Assembly: GCA_016781105.1 (NCBI GenBank)
Contig: JADDRA010000038.1
Coordinates: 1-55,708 of the forward strand
Direction: 5' to 3'
Origin: Actinomycetota bacterium
Lineage (GTDB): Bacteria; Actinomycetota; Acidimicrobiia; Acidimicrobiales; CADCSY01
Length of the DNA stretch: 55,708 nt
Shown: positions 1 through 9,793 of the stretch, piece by piece
Numbering within the stretch: the stretch's first letter is position 1
Layout of the letters: every line of letters starts with the position of its first letter
Made by a program: the position numbers and the translations under genes
Notes under the pieces: model-generated
The model's database searches: none
Seen by the model: the letters and a program-made list of their open reading frames with translations, nothing else
What the model was told of the DNA's origin: nothing

Positions 1-663
1 CCAACCAGCACTCGCATAGCCCCTGGACCACTCAACGGGGACCCCTCAGCTCGACTTGGTCGCCAGCACCGAGTTCAGCAACGGGACCGTCGGGCTGCAG
101 TACCGTCGGCACCGCTGGGTCGCCCAGTCAGTCCAACGCGTCCCAGATCGATGGTGATGGTCGCCGACTCGCCGGAGGGCTGTTCGCGCTAGCGATCGAC
201 GGTTCCGGGTGCGCTCGACGACCGCCGCTGGTGTCCCAGAACGGCTGTCGCCAACGGCGCCCCCAACGCGCGAAGGCGCAGCGGCCATCCGCATGGGCGA
301 AGTGCCGGTCGGGGGCACTCGGTAACGGCGCGTCCTCTGCGCCGCATGACAACGAGGCCCGGGTGATCGCTTGCAGCTCGGCGGGCGACCGCACTGAGCG
401 GCCACCTCTTCCCTGATGAACCTGGCTCCACATCGGCGCCCCCGAGGCCACGTTTGCTGAACCATGGGTACCGAAGCAACAACGGGCCGTTCAGCACCGT
501 CATCCACCGTCGACCCCGACCGCTGGGCGTGCCAACGTCGAGCCCACTAACGACCAAGCGGGCGACTCCGCCCGGATCGGGACAGAACTTGTTCAGGCAC
601 TCGACATCGTCCCTTCACTGATCAGAAACCGGGCCGAACGGACCCGCTCCTAGCGTCGGGCCA

Positions 664-1368
664 GTGGATACGCCGCTGAATACAGACGGGCATCCTGAGG
701 TCTCCCGGGCCGCAGTGGCATACGCCTGGATCAAGCGAGCCCTGCTGTCGGGAGCGTTCCCGCTGTCGGGCCGGCTCGGTGAGGAGCGGCTGGCCAGAGA
801 GATGCAGGTTTCTCGTACCCCGGTGCGTGAGGCCTTGTCGCGCCTCCACGTCGAGGGCTTGGTCGACCGCCATCCCGATGGGGGATACGCTCCCGCCATC
901 CCCGATCTCGACGAGATCGAGGATCTCTACCACGTGCGCGGCGTGCTCGAGAGGGCCGCCATCGACCGACCCGAGCACGACCGTGATGCCCTGGCAGTCC
1001 TGCGGGACGAGTGGCAGGCGCTGGCCGACGATCTCGCCTCGATCTCGCCTGACCCCGAGTTCGTGCTCCTCGACGAGGACTTCCACCTCCGCCTGGCCGG
1101 GGCCGCCGGCAGCCGGGCTCTCGTTTCCACCCTCCACGGGGTCAATCAGCGGATCCGCATCGTCCGCATGCACGACTTCCTGGACGCCGAGCGGGTGGAG
1201 GCGACCATCGCGCAGCACATCGGGATCGTCACCACCCTGGTGGCCAGCGACGGGCTTGGCGCTCGCCGGGCGCTCGACCACCACCTCGACGAGTCCGTGA
1301 CCGTGGTGCGACAACGGGCAGCCACAGCCATCGCCCGGATGCTCACGGCCCGGAGGGACGGCCGGTGA
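664..1368 (+). CDS. GntR/FadR-family transcriptional regulator
   Basis: 234-aa ORF with a GTG start. The N-terminal winged-HTH segment LGEERLAREMQVSRTPVREALSRLHVEGLV is typical of GntR. The C-terminal part is helical and FCD-like. Confidence 0.85.
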   Translation: MDTPLNTDGHPEVSRAAVAYAWIKRALLSGAFPLSGRLGEERLAREMQVSRTPVREALSRLHVEGLVDRHPDGGYAPAIPDLDEIEDLYHVRGVLERAAIDRPEHDRDALAVLRDEWQALADDLASISPDPEFVLLDEDFHLRLAGAAGSRALVSTLHGVNQRIRIVRMHDFLDAERVEATIAQHIGIVTTLVASDGLGARRALDHHLDESVTVVRQRAATAIARMLTARRDGR

Positions 1369-1565
1369 TCACCGTCCAAGCCCCGGCGACCGGTGATCGC
1401 CTTGGCCAGAGCCTCGGGTAGTTGCATGGCCGACCCCGCACCTGCCCCGGAGACGTCGGCACCGCGTCGGCGCCATCCACCCGTCCACCGAGTCGAAGTG
1501 CCTGCGCCGAACGGTTCGCGCAGGGGACCCCACATCAAGCCCAACGAGCAGACCTGGAGCCCAGG

Positions 1566-2558
1566 ATGACCATGCCCTTGCGAACGGCCCGCCGGATGTT
1601 GACCGCCGCCGTCGTCTTGTTGACCATGGTGATCCTTGCCGCCTGTGGAGGTGCCAGCGAGGACGCCGACTCCTCCTCGACCGCGTCCGCGGGACAGACC
1701 CGCACGGTGAAGGTTGCGACGCTGCGACAGCCGCACCTCTTCCATCCAAACTTCTACGAGCGCTTCGTCCCTGCCGGCACCACGATCGAGGTCGTACCGC
1801 TGGCCAACTCCACCGACATCAAGAACGCCGTCGTGTCCGGATCGGTCGACTTCGGGGTCACCGGCATCACTGCTTCGATCCAGGGTGCGTCCCGGGACGA
1901 GCCCGTGGTGGTGGTCGCCTCGGCCGCCGACGGAGGGTCGGGGATCGTGGCTCGACCGGGCATCAACACCGTCGCCGACCTCGCGGGCAAGCGGATCGGC
2001 TACGTCCCTGGAGCGGCACAGGACATCCTCCTCCGCCTCACCCTCACCGCGGCAGGCATCGATCCCGACAACGATGTCGACCTTGTCAAGGTCTCCTTCG
2101 CCGACATGCCCGACCAGCTCCAGCGCGGCGACATCGACGCCTTCAGTGGGGCCGAGGTCGGTCCCTCGATCGCGCTGGTCGACGGCGCCGCCCTCGTGGT
2201 TCGGCCCTACGACACACCCATGAAGAAGATCAACATCGTGATGGTCACCCGCCAGGCCTTGATCGACAGCGATCCCGAGCTTGTGCAGCAGATGGTCCAG
2301 GCCCACGCCGAGGCGACCGAGTACATGAAGGCGAACCCGCAGGAGTGGGCCCAGGCGGTGATCGACAAGTACGGCTTCTCGCCCGAGCACCTCGATCTCG
2401 CCATCCCCAACATCGAGCTTCGCTGGGGCATGGACGACGACTACATCGCCCAGGCCAGGGTGCTGGGCGAGCAGAACGTGATCCTCGACCAGATCGCCAA
2501 GGAGCCCGACTACGAGACTTTCTTCAACACCACGTTCGTGGGGAAGGTCGACTTGTGA
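1566..2558 (+). CDS. ABC transporter substrate-binding lipoprotein, NMT1/SsuA-like (nitrate/sulfonate/taurine type)
   Basis: An internal ATG at 1566 gives the signal peptide MTMPLRTARRMLTAAVVLLTMVILAACGG with a lipobox. The mature part has NMT1/SsuA-like periplasmic binding-protein features. The upstream part of the listed ORF is Arg/Pro-rich and unlikely to be coding. Confidence 0.8.
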   Translation: MTMPLRTARRMLTAAVVLLTMVILAACGGASEDADSSSTASAGQTRTVKVATLRQPHLFHPNFYERFVPAGTTIEVVPLANSTDIKNAVVSGSVDFGVTGITASIQGASRDEPVVVVASAADGGSGIVARPGINTVADLAGKRIGYVPGAAQDILLRLTLTAAGIDPDNDVDLVKVSFADMPDQLQRGDIDAFSGAEVGPSIALVDGAALVVRPYDTPMKKINIVMVTRQALIDSDPELVQQMVQAHAEATEYMKANPQEWAQAVIDKYGFSPEHLDLAIPNIELRWGMDDDYIAQARVLGEQNVILDQIAKEPDYETFFNTTFVGKVDL

Positions 2559-3352
2559 GTCGCCTGCGACAGGTGCTGCTGGCGCTCCCCCTTCCCTTCG
2601 TCCTGATCGGCCTGTGGCAGGTGGGCGTGACCCAGCAGTGGGAGCTCCCCCTCGACATCCGGATGGCCAACGTGCCGACGCCGCTCGCCGTGCTCAACCG
2701 CCTGCGCGACTTCGCCTTCGGCGGTGTGATCGACGACGCCTTCAGCGGGACGTTCGCAACCCACCTGTGGGCGTCTGCCAGCCGGGTGCTGACCGGTTTC
2801 ACCTGGGCCGCACTGCTGGCCGTGCCGACCGGGGTAGCCATGGGACGGAGCCGGCTGGTGTCATCGGCGGTCGAACCCACGATCAGCCTGCTGCGCCCCG
2901 TACCGGTCACGGCCTGGGTGCCATTGGTGCTGATCGTGATCGGCCTGGGAAGCAGGGCCACCGTCGTGCTCGTGTTCCTGGCCTGCGTGTACCCGATTCT
3001 GCTGAACACCATCGCCGGAGTGAAGGCCGTCCCGCCAAGGCTCATGGAGGCGGCCGACATGCTCGGAACCAAGCCGGTGGCGAGGCTGTGGCGCGTGGTG
3101 CTGCCGGCTGCGCTGCCGTCGATCCTGACGGGGATGCGGGTGGCCCTGGGCTTCGGCTGGGTCATCGTCGTGGTCGGCGAGACGGTCGGGGTCACTACGG
3201 GGTTTGGCTCGGTGATCATCGAGGCGCAGCAGACCTCCAAGACTGACCTGATCGTCGCCGGCATGGCGTTCATCGGACTGGCCGGGTTCGCAACCGACAA
3301 GGCCATGACCGGTCTGATCCGGGTCGCGCTCCGCGACCGCCCACTCCTGTGA
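2555..3352 (+). CDS. ABC transporter permease (SsuC/TauC-like)
   Basis: The GTG at 2555 overlaps the upstream stop (GTGA). The protein has several hydrophobic helices. The EAA-type loop MEAADMLGTKPVARLWRVVLPAALPS is typical of binding-protein-dependent permeases. Confidence 0.85.
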   Translation: MSRLRQVLLALPLPFVLIGLWQVGVTQQWELPLDIRMANVPTPLAVLNRLRDFAFGGVIDDAFSGTFATHLWASASRVLTGFTWAALLAVPTGVAMGRSRLVSSAVEPTISLLRPVPVTAWVPLVLIVIGLGSRATVVLVFLACVYPILLNTIAGVKAVPPRLMEAADMLGTKPVARLWRVVLPAALPSILTGMRVALGFGWVIVVVGETVGVTTGFGSVIIEAQQTSKTDLIVAGMAFIGLAGFATDKAMTGLIRVALRDRPLL

Positions 3353-3365
3353 CCCCTGGAGGAAC

Positions 3366-4235
3366 ATGACCTCGTCATCCCCGCTACCAACCATGGGTGC
3401 CCCCCACTCCGAGACCGTCGTGTCCACGCGTGTCTCCGAACCCTCGTGTGCGACGACCGCTCTTTCCGCCGTGTACCTCGACGGCGTGGGCAAGTCGTAC
3501 GGCGCCCTGGAGGCGCTGCGGTCGGTCAGCCTCTCGATCTCCCGAGGCGAGTTCGTTTGCATCGTCGGAGCATCGGGCTGCGGAAAGAGCACGCTGCTCA
3601 GGATGATCGCCGGCTTCGAGGAGCCGACGACCGGCACGCTGATGGTCGATGGTCAAGTGGTCAGTGGGCCGGGTCCGGATCGGGGCGTGGTGTTCCAGGA
3701 CTACGGGCTGTTTCCCTGGTTGACCGTCGCCGGCAACATCGCCTACGGACCTCGGCGTCGCGGGATCGGGCGCGCCGAGGTCAAGGCGGTCGTGGAGCGG
3801 TTCTGCGGCGTAGTCGGCCTGGCAGCCTTCGCTGACAAGTACCCTCACGAGCTCTCCGGGGGCATGCAGCAGCGGGTTGCCATCGCCAGGGTCCTGGCCA
3901 ACGGGTCGGGCGTGCTCCTGATGGACGAGCCCTTCGGAGCGCTCGATGCCTTGACCCGCAGCTCCATGCAAGCTGAGCTCCACCAGCTCTGGGGCGAACT
4001 GAACTCGACGATCCTCTTTGTGACACACAGCGTGGAGGAGGCGGTCTACCTGGCCGACCGGGTGGTCGTGATGACCGGCGGGCCCCGCCACGACACCCCC
4101 GGCCACATCGGAGCTACGGTGGCCATCGACCTCAAGCACCCCCGGGACCCCACCTCCGCGGCGTTCAACGCCCGAAAGCGTGAGCTGCTGGCGGCCATCG
4201 AGGCGGAGCCGACCGTGGCCTCCACTCCAGGGTGA
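3366..4235 (+). CDS. ABC transporter ATP-binding protein (SsuB/TauB-like)
   Basis: Walker A GASGCGKST, ABC signature LSGGMQQR and Walker B LLMDEPF are all present. A GGAGGA-like RBS precedes the ATG at 3366. Confidence 0.9.
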   Translation: MTSSSPLPTMGAPHSETVVSTRVSEPSCATTALSAVYLDGVGKSYGALEALRSVSLSISRGEFVCIVGASGCGKSTLLRMIAGFEEPTTGTLMVDGQVVSGPGPDRGVVFQDYGLFPWLTVAGNIAYGPRRRGIGRAEVKAVVERFCGVVGLAAFADKYPHELSGGMQQRVAIARVLANGSGVLLMDEPFGALDALTRSSMQAELHQLWGELNSTILFVTHSVEEAVYLADRVVVMTGGPRHDTPGHIGATVAIDLKHPRDPTSAAFNARKRELLAAIEAEPTVASTPG

Positions 4236-4338
4236 TCGACAGCGCTACGAGGTTCGGCCGCTCGCCGGACGGGTGGCCGGTGAGCGCGCGCCGTCTCGAT
4301 CGTGACGAAGCATCCGGCGCCATCCTCATGCTGTCATC

Positions 4339-6066
4339 ATGACGCGCCGTCTCCGCACCCTGGCAGACCACCGCGCCGCCTACGCCGACGGGGCCTCGGT
4401 GGCCGAGGTGGTGGCCGACCTCCGCCGGCGGATGGCCGAGCTCGCCGACGACGCCATCTTCATCGGGGGGCTGGCCCCCGGTCTCGACCAGTGGGCGGCC
4501 GCGCTCGACGTCCGGTCCGATCGCCGACACCTGCCCCTGTTCGGGATCCCGGTGGCGGTCAAGGACAACATCGACGTGGCCGGTCTTCCGACCACGGTGG
4601 CCTGCCCCGACTTCGCCACCACTCCGGAGCACTCGGCCACTGTTGTCGAGCGGTTGCTCCAAGCCGGGGCGCTCGTGGTGGGCAAGGCGAACCTCGACCA
4701 GTTCGCCACCGGGCTGGTGGGCACCCGGTCACCTTACGGCGCGCCCAGCAACGTGCTCGATCCCGCGGTGGTTCCCGGTGGCTCCAGCAGCGGTTCGGCC
4801 GTGGCCGTCGCCGCCGGATTGGTGCCGGTGGCTCTCGGTACCGACACGGCCGGGTCGGGACGGGTCCCCGCGGCCATGAACCAGATCGTCGGCCTGAAGC
4901 CCACCCGTGGCCTGGTGTCGAGCAACGGCGTCTTCCCCGCCTGCCGGTCGCTCGACTGCGTCTCGGTGTTCTCCCACACCATCGGCGACTCCGCCGAGCT
5001 CTACAACTTGCTCGCCGGCGAGGACGGCGATGACCCGTGGGCCCGGGTCGATCGCGACGAGCGCCCGCCCCTGCGCCTCGACCGAACCGTCGTCGGTGTT
5101 CCTCCCCCGGAGGCTCTCGAGGGGGTGGACCTCCTCATTCTGGCTTCGTGGGAGCGCATGGTGGCCGCCATGGCCGACGGCGGCGCCGAGGTCGTGGAGG
5201 TCGATACGGCCCCCTTCCTCGAAGCGGGCACGCTGCTCTACGAAGGTCCGTTCCTGGCCGAGCGGTACGCCTCGATCAGGGACTTCCTGGACAGGTCCCC
5301 GGAATCGGTCGAGGACGTGACCCGGAGGGTGATCGCCGATGGAGCCCGCTGGTCGGCTGCCGAGCACCACTTGGCGCGATGCCGGATCCGCGAGCTACGG
5401 GCCGCCAACCGAGAGGTATGGGCCCGGGTAGACGCGCTGGCTCTACCTACGGTCCCCCATGCTCCCACCGTGGACGCCGTGGCCCGCGAGCCCCTCGCCA
5501 CCAACGCCGAGCTGGGCCGGTTCACCGCCTTCACGAATCTGCTCGACCTGGCCGCCGTCACCCTCCCCGACCACGACGCCCGCCGGCCTGGAATGGGGAT
5601 CACCCTCCATGCCCCGGCACGCTCCGACGCTCGGCTCCTCCGGTGGGCCGCCACGCTCATCGGTGAGCCGCCGCCGGGCCAGACCGGTTCCGGGGTCGAG
5701 GTGGTGGTGGTCGGGGCCCACCTGGAAGGCCAACCCCGCAACCGCAGACTAGCGGCCCTGGGAGCGGCGCTGGTCGAGCAGACGACCACTGCATCCACCT
5801 ACCGGTTGTGGGCCTTGCCCGACGGCGAGCGACCAGCGCTGGAGCGAGTCTCGAACGGCGGTGTGGCGATCGACGTGGAGGTCTGGGCCCTCGAACAGCG
5901 GGCGCTGGGGTCATTGGTGGCGGCGCTGGGACCGCCCTTGGCCATCGGCACCGTGGAGCTGGTCGATGGGAGGGCGCTCCGAGGGTTCGTGGTCGAGGCC
6001 GGAGGGCTGGCTGGTGCCACCGACATCACCGCCTATGGCGGCTGGCGGGCCTGGTTGGCTCGCTGA
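4339..6066 (+). CDS. atzF: Allophanate hydrolase (amidase-signature enzyme with allophanate-hydrolase C-terminal domain)
   Basis: 575 aa. The amidase signature region is GGSSSGSAVAVAAGLVPVALGTDTAGSGRVPAA. An extra C-terminal domain of about 120 aa (VVVVGAHLEGQPRNRRL...VELVDGRALRGFV) is typical of AtzF-type allophanate hydrolases. Confidence 0.75.
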   Translation: MTRRLRTLADHRAAYADGASVAEVVADLRRRMAELADDAIFIGGLAPGLDQWAAALDVRSDRRHLPLFGIPVAVKDNIDVAGLPTTVACPDFATTPEHSATVVERLLQAGALVVGKANLDQFATGLVGTRSPYGAPSNVLDPAVVPGGSSSGSAVAVAAGLVPVALGTDTAGSGRVPAAMNQIVGLKPTRGLVSSNGVFPACRSLDCVSVFSHTIGDSAELYNLLAGEDGDDPWARVDRDERPPLRLDRTVVGVPPPEALEGVDLLILASWERMVAAMADGGAEVVEVDTAPFLEAGTLLYEGPFLAERYASIRDFLDRSPESVEDVTRRVIADGARWSAAEHHLARCRIRELRAANREVWARVDALALPTVPHAPTVDAVAREPLATNAELGRFTAFTNLLDLAAVTLPDHDARRPGMGITLHAPARSDARLLRWAATLIGEPPPGQTGSGVEVVVVGAHLEGQPRNRRLAALGAALVEQTTTASTYRLWALPDGERPALERVSNGGVAIDVEVWALEQRALGSLVAALGPPLAIGTVELVDGRALRGFVVEAGGLAGATDITAYGGWRAWLAR

Positions 6067-6594
6067 CGCACCGACGCATCTGCAAGCACACGTGCGAGCG
6101 GATCGCTGAGGTCGAGACGCCGGCGAGTTCGCCGATCGTCCACAACGCAAGGGTCAGAATCTGGTTCATGCGTGGCGTCTGAGCGCTGTCGCGGTCGGTG
6201 AAGAAGTGCACGAAGTCGCAGGAAGGCTGCCCAACCGAACAGCACGCTCAGGCCGGATCCATCTGGAGCCGAGGCAAGCGGGGAGATCGTCTATCAGTTC
6301 CACCCTGCACTCCCCGGGGTAATTGGTTCCCGACTGGGGTATGCGAGCCTGCGAGATGGATGACCGCCGAATAACGTCGGACGGCAACCGGGGACTGGTG
6401 AGGACAGCGGCCCGGGTCTCCCAGCCAGCTGATGGCCACTGTCAAGCCAGGCTCTTGCCCTTGGCTTCGAGTGGGTTCGAAGGGGCATGGTGTCGCATGG
6501 ACGAGCGAACTGAGGTCCTCGGGTGCTCGCTGTCGGTTCCTCAGCTGGTCGAGTGAATCCGGCGGCTGGCCGTTGACCATCCTCGGACCTCGAG

Positions 6595-7047
6595 ATGTCG
6601 TCGGCACGACCTCGCCCTGTTCGATCACCTGGCCATGATCACCAGCACCCGTCCACCTTCCAGGTGAGGCGCTCTTGGTTTGCGCCTGGCCTTCGGCTGT
6701 TCACACCGGCCCTGTTGGGGGGAACCGGGGTTGCGGTCTGGATCGTGCTCAGCCTGCTTGCAGAGGACAGGGACGCCTTCGACAACAACGCCCGTTTCCT
6801 TGCTGTGGTCGGACTCTTCCTCGGCGCGTCAGGGATCGTTGCCGGGCGACTGCGCCCAGATCCAATGGGCGAGCACCTCCTCGCCGCTGTCGTTCCCACC
6901 GTCGTGTTGATCCTCATCGAGGTCGTTGTCGCTGGGAGTCCGCTGATGTTCGTGGGCGGGCTCGGCTGGCTCGTCTTCGTATATGCCACAGTGTCAGCAG
7001 CCGGTGTCGTTGTGGGTCAGGTCACCCTTGGCAAGAAGTCAAGATGA
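6595..7047 (+). CDS. Hypothetical integral membrane protein (about four predicted TM helices)
   Basis: The 150-aa ORF has four long hydrophobic stretches. No family was recognised. It lies in an AT-richer, decayed stretch, and the true start may be downstream. Confidence 0.35.
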   Translation: MSSARPRPVRSPGHDHQHPSTFQVRRSWFAPGLRLFTPALLGGTGVAVWIVLSLLAEDRDAFDNNARFLAVVGLFLGASGIVAGRLRPDPMGEHLLAAVVPTVVLILIEVVVAGSPLMFVGGLGWLVFVYATVSAAGVVVGQVTLGKKSR

Positions 7048-7422
7048 GGACCCGGAAACGGTTGATGTCGAAGCAAAAGAGTCCGGCGTGCCCGATCCTG
7101 CGCACCTGCATCCTGTCCTCGGCCCGGCCCCGCCGCCGAAGAGATGGACGTGCAGGTGCCGGATCGTGTTGCCGTGAATCTCGCAGTTCATCTTGCGTGG
7201 ACGAACCCGTGTGTGGAGCGCCCTTGGCTACCGCCATCGTCTCCCGCCAGAAGGTTGCCGCCTCGGTGTCGCTCAGCTCGAACGGCTCTTCCACGGGGCG
7301 CTCGGCGATCACGCACACGTAGCCGGGCACGGGGCCAGCGTCGGCGCAGTGATCCACACCGATCGCAGCTCGCCGATGACATCCGTAGGACCTCGACAGA
7401 TCACGCAGTCCCGAGGTGACAT
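7022..7422 (-). pseudogene. HIT-family (histidine triad) hydrolase, disrupted by at least 2-3 frameshifts
   Basis: The gene has to be read across frames. The pieces are MSPRDCVICRGPTDVIGELRSVWITAPTLAP, then PVPGYVCVIAERPVEEPFELSDTEAATFWRETMAVAK, then ALHTRVRPRKMNCEIHGNTIRHLHVHL (the HxHxH triad). Single-base indels lie near 7333 and 7222. Confidence 0.6.
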
Positions 7423-7589
7423 CCGACGAGCGTCGCGCGATGCGCCGTGGCGCTGCTTGGGGCAGATCCGACTGCTTCCGCGCGCATGATACAGCTGCTT
7501 GACCCGAGCCGGCGTTGGTACTGTCCTCGTCCATGGCAGGCCGTTGACGAGCGCCGAGCCCTATCCGTTCGTCGAAAGGTTCACCTGCC

Positions 7590-7960
7590 ATGCCCCGCCT
7601 TCCGCTCAGCGGTCGCGTAGCCGTCGTCTCCGGCGCCAACCACGGCATCGGGGCTGCCGCCGCAATTGAGCTCGCCCGGCTCGGCGCGGATGTCGCCGTC
7701 ACCTACCTCGCATAAACTCCCCACGACCACGATCCCGGTCGACCCACGGCATACCGCTCGCACCGGGAACAGCGTGCCGAGGCCACGGTCGCTGCAACCG
7801 AGGAGGTCGGAAGAGGGGCCGTCGCCGTCGAGGCTGACCTGGTCGACGCCGACACGCCAGCGCAGGTGTTCGTCGAGGCCGAGGCGACGCTCGGCCCGGT
7901 GTCGATCCTGGTCAATAACGCCAGCGGATGGCGCAAGGACACGTTCTCGCCAGACCGTGA
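7590..7960 (+). pseudogene. Short-chain dehydrogenase/reductase, in-frame TAA at 7713-7715 and 3'-truncated at the IS1380 fragment
   Basis: The N-terminus MPRLPLSGRVAVVSGANHGIGAAAAIELARLGADVAVTYLA is a Rossmann TGxxxGIG fold and is followed by TAA. The same frame continues ...ATVAATEEVGRGAVAVEADLVDADTPAQVFVEAEATLGPVSILVNNASGW. Similarity ends at about 7960, where the antisense transposase fragment begins. Confidence 0.65.
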
Positions 7961-7961
7961 G

Positions 7962-8666
7962 AACCCGCTCCGGCGCCTTGGCGCGCACGGCCATCGTGTA
8001 GCGCACGTTGAGGCGACCGAGCACCTCGATGGTCTTGTTGGACCAGAACCCGGAGTCGAAGCGCAGCACGATCTCGCCGGCTGCCCCGGCCCGGCGGACC
8101 CGGGCGATGAGCTCTTCGACGAAGCGCTTGGCCCCCCGGGCGGTGTTGGCCGAGCCCTTGCGCATGCGGGCGTGGAGCACCTCGCCGGTCTCTGCGCGGG
8201 TGGCCACCAGGGGGTGGTAGCCCAAGACCTTGGTGTAGCCGAAGGCGGCCCCGGCCTTGTCGGGGCCGGCCACCTCGCAGATGGTGGAGTCGACGTCCAC
8301 CACGAGTCGGCCGTCCCCGGGGCCGCCACCTTGAGCCCAGGCTCGCTCCAGCACCTTGCCGACCACCGCTTCGAGCTGGCGGACATGGCCGAAGGTGAAG
8401 GCCCGCAGGAAGGTCCCGAGCGTGGAGGGGGCCATGACCCGGTGATCGAGCACGGCCTGGGTTGCACCCGAGCGCAGCACGTCGGCGTGGTCGATGTGGG
8501 AGCCGCCAGCGACGATGGCGTGCACCAGGGTCAAGACCTTGCGCCCCGGCAGGGCGCCGCCCACACGACCCACCAGGCGCACGGTGACGTTGACGAGTTC
8601 TTCGATCCCGAGAGCGACCCAATGAAGCTTCTGTCGCGAGCTGCCCGCGCCAGGCGGTAGTACCAA
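7962..8666 (-). mobile_element. IS1380-family transposase fragment (truncated at both ends)
   Basis: About 230 aa match the IS1380 transposase core: APSTLGTFLRAFTFGHVRQLEAV, LVVDVDSTICEV, FGYTKVLGYHPLVATRAETGEVLHARMRKGSANTARG, IVLRFDSGFWSN. The first 30-40 aa or so and the C-terminal half are missing. The rest of the listed 361-aa ORF is antisense to the SDR gene. Confidence 0.7.
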
Positions 8667-9011
8667 CCTGACGTGGTGAACACTGAGATGGCTGCAAGCT
8701 CACTCTGCAGCTTTGCGCCTGCCTGACCCGCGAGTAGCGCGAACAGATGATGGTCGTGGACAACGACCGATCAATGGCAGCTACGAGTCAACAAGATCGG
8801 GGTCATCAGCGACGACACGAGCCAGCCGCCTGCGTGTACGTGCCATCGCGCGACAACCTGCCGACTACGACACCGACCTCTGGCGGGATCCGAAGCTGCA
8901 AGGGGACAGCCTGTCCTGGGGCCAGTTCACTAGGCACCTCCAGCGATACCGACTGGCGTCACGCCTCTACCTCGCCCTCATCTCGGGGCTCCTGCATCTT
9001 GACCTACTGCC

Positions 9012-9731
9012 CTACCGTCGCCTCGAGCCGGCGTCCGCGGCGATGGCGACGCAGCATCGCCCAGGTGCCGGTGCGAGAAGCGCATCGAGTCCGGTGGCAC
9101 GGAGACCGCTGAGAACTCCTTGCACCAGCGCGTGGTTCATGCTGCACACCAAGTCGGGATGCTGCTCAACCAGAGCATGGAACGGGCAGTTGCGCAGATA
9201 GAGGGTGCGGCCTTCTCGGTACGGCTCGAACCCGTACTCCTCGAGGACCTCGAGAACCTTCGCCAGCCGGGCGTCGCGGCTGCGGCCGAGGGGCTTTACC
9301 TGCGCCCGCTCACCGATCCTCACCCCGAGAGTGGCAGCGGCGTCGTGCAGGGCTTCGAGCGGCGAGAGCGCCTCGCCGGCGGTTGCGACGGCTTCGGCGA
9401 GGAGGCTGGCGGCGAGCTCGTAGTTGCGAGACGGGAGGCTCACCTGCAGTTGGCGCCGTGAGCGCCGGTAGAGCTTCGACGGGCGACCAGCGCCGGGGCC
9501 GGTTCGCCCCGACAGGCGCCGGAACGCGGTGTCGAGCAGGCCCTCATCAGCGAGCTTGTCGAGGTGGAACGCAGCAAGAGAACGACCGACGCCGACGCCC
9601 TCGGCCGCCTCTTCGCGGCTCACGTCGCGTCCGGCTCTCGCCACGAATAGGTACAACGCCCGCCGGAGAGGCTCGCGCAGGCTGGCGATCCCCTCGATCT
9701 GGCTCTCGAGTTCCTCGTCGCCAGGCACCAC
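9012..9731 (-). CDS. Winged-helix (ArsR-like) transcriptional regulator
   Basis: 239 aa. The N-terminal wHTH is LREPLRRALYLFVARAGRDVSREEAAEGVGVGRSLAAFHLDKLADEGLL. The pattern GRTGPGAGRPSKLYRRS that follows is typical of this actinobacterial regulator family. Confidence 0.75.
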   Translation of the reverse strand: MVPGDEELESQIEGIASLREPLRRALYLFVARAGRDVSREEAAEGVGVGRSLAAFHLDKLADEGLLDTAFRRLSGRTGPGAGRPSKLYRRSRRQLQVSLPSRNYELAASLLAEAVATAGEALSPLEALHDAAATLGVRIGERAQVKPLGRSRDARLAKVLEVLEEYGFEPYREGRTLYLRNCPFHALVEQHPDLVCSMNHALVQGVLSGLRATGLDALLAPAPGRCCVAIAADAGSRRR

Positions 9732-9793
9732 TAAAATGTACTGCCGTTGACCCTATCGGGCGTCTCGGCCAGGGCCCGGTCCTGCCGATTCCA

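Noticed and set aside
1-660. Several overlapping ORFs of 60-150 aa on both strands at the left edge.
   Set aside because: No motif, signal peptide or domain pattern was recognisable. The translations are Arg/Pro/Ser-rich and mutually overlapping. The stretch is probably non-coding or too decayed to call from sequence alone.
1146-2390. A 414-aa minus-strand ORF antisense to the GntR 3' end and the substrate-binding protein gene. A similar case is the 378-aa minus-strand ORF at 21249-22385, antisense to pimA.
   Set aside because: Both are antisense to genes with clear family signatures, and both translate to low-complexity Arg/Gly/Pro-rich sequence. These are typical shadow ORFs of high-GC genomes.
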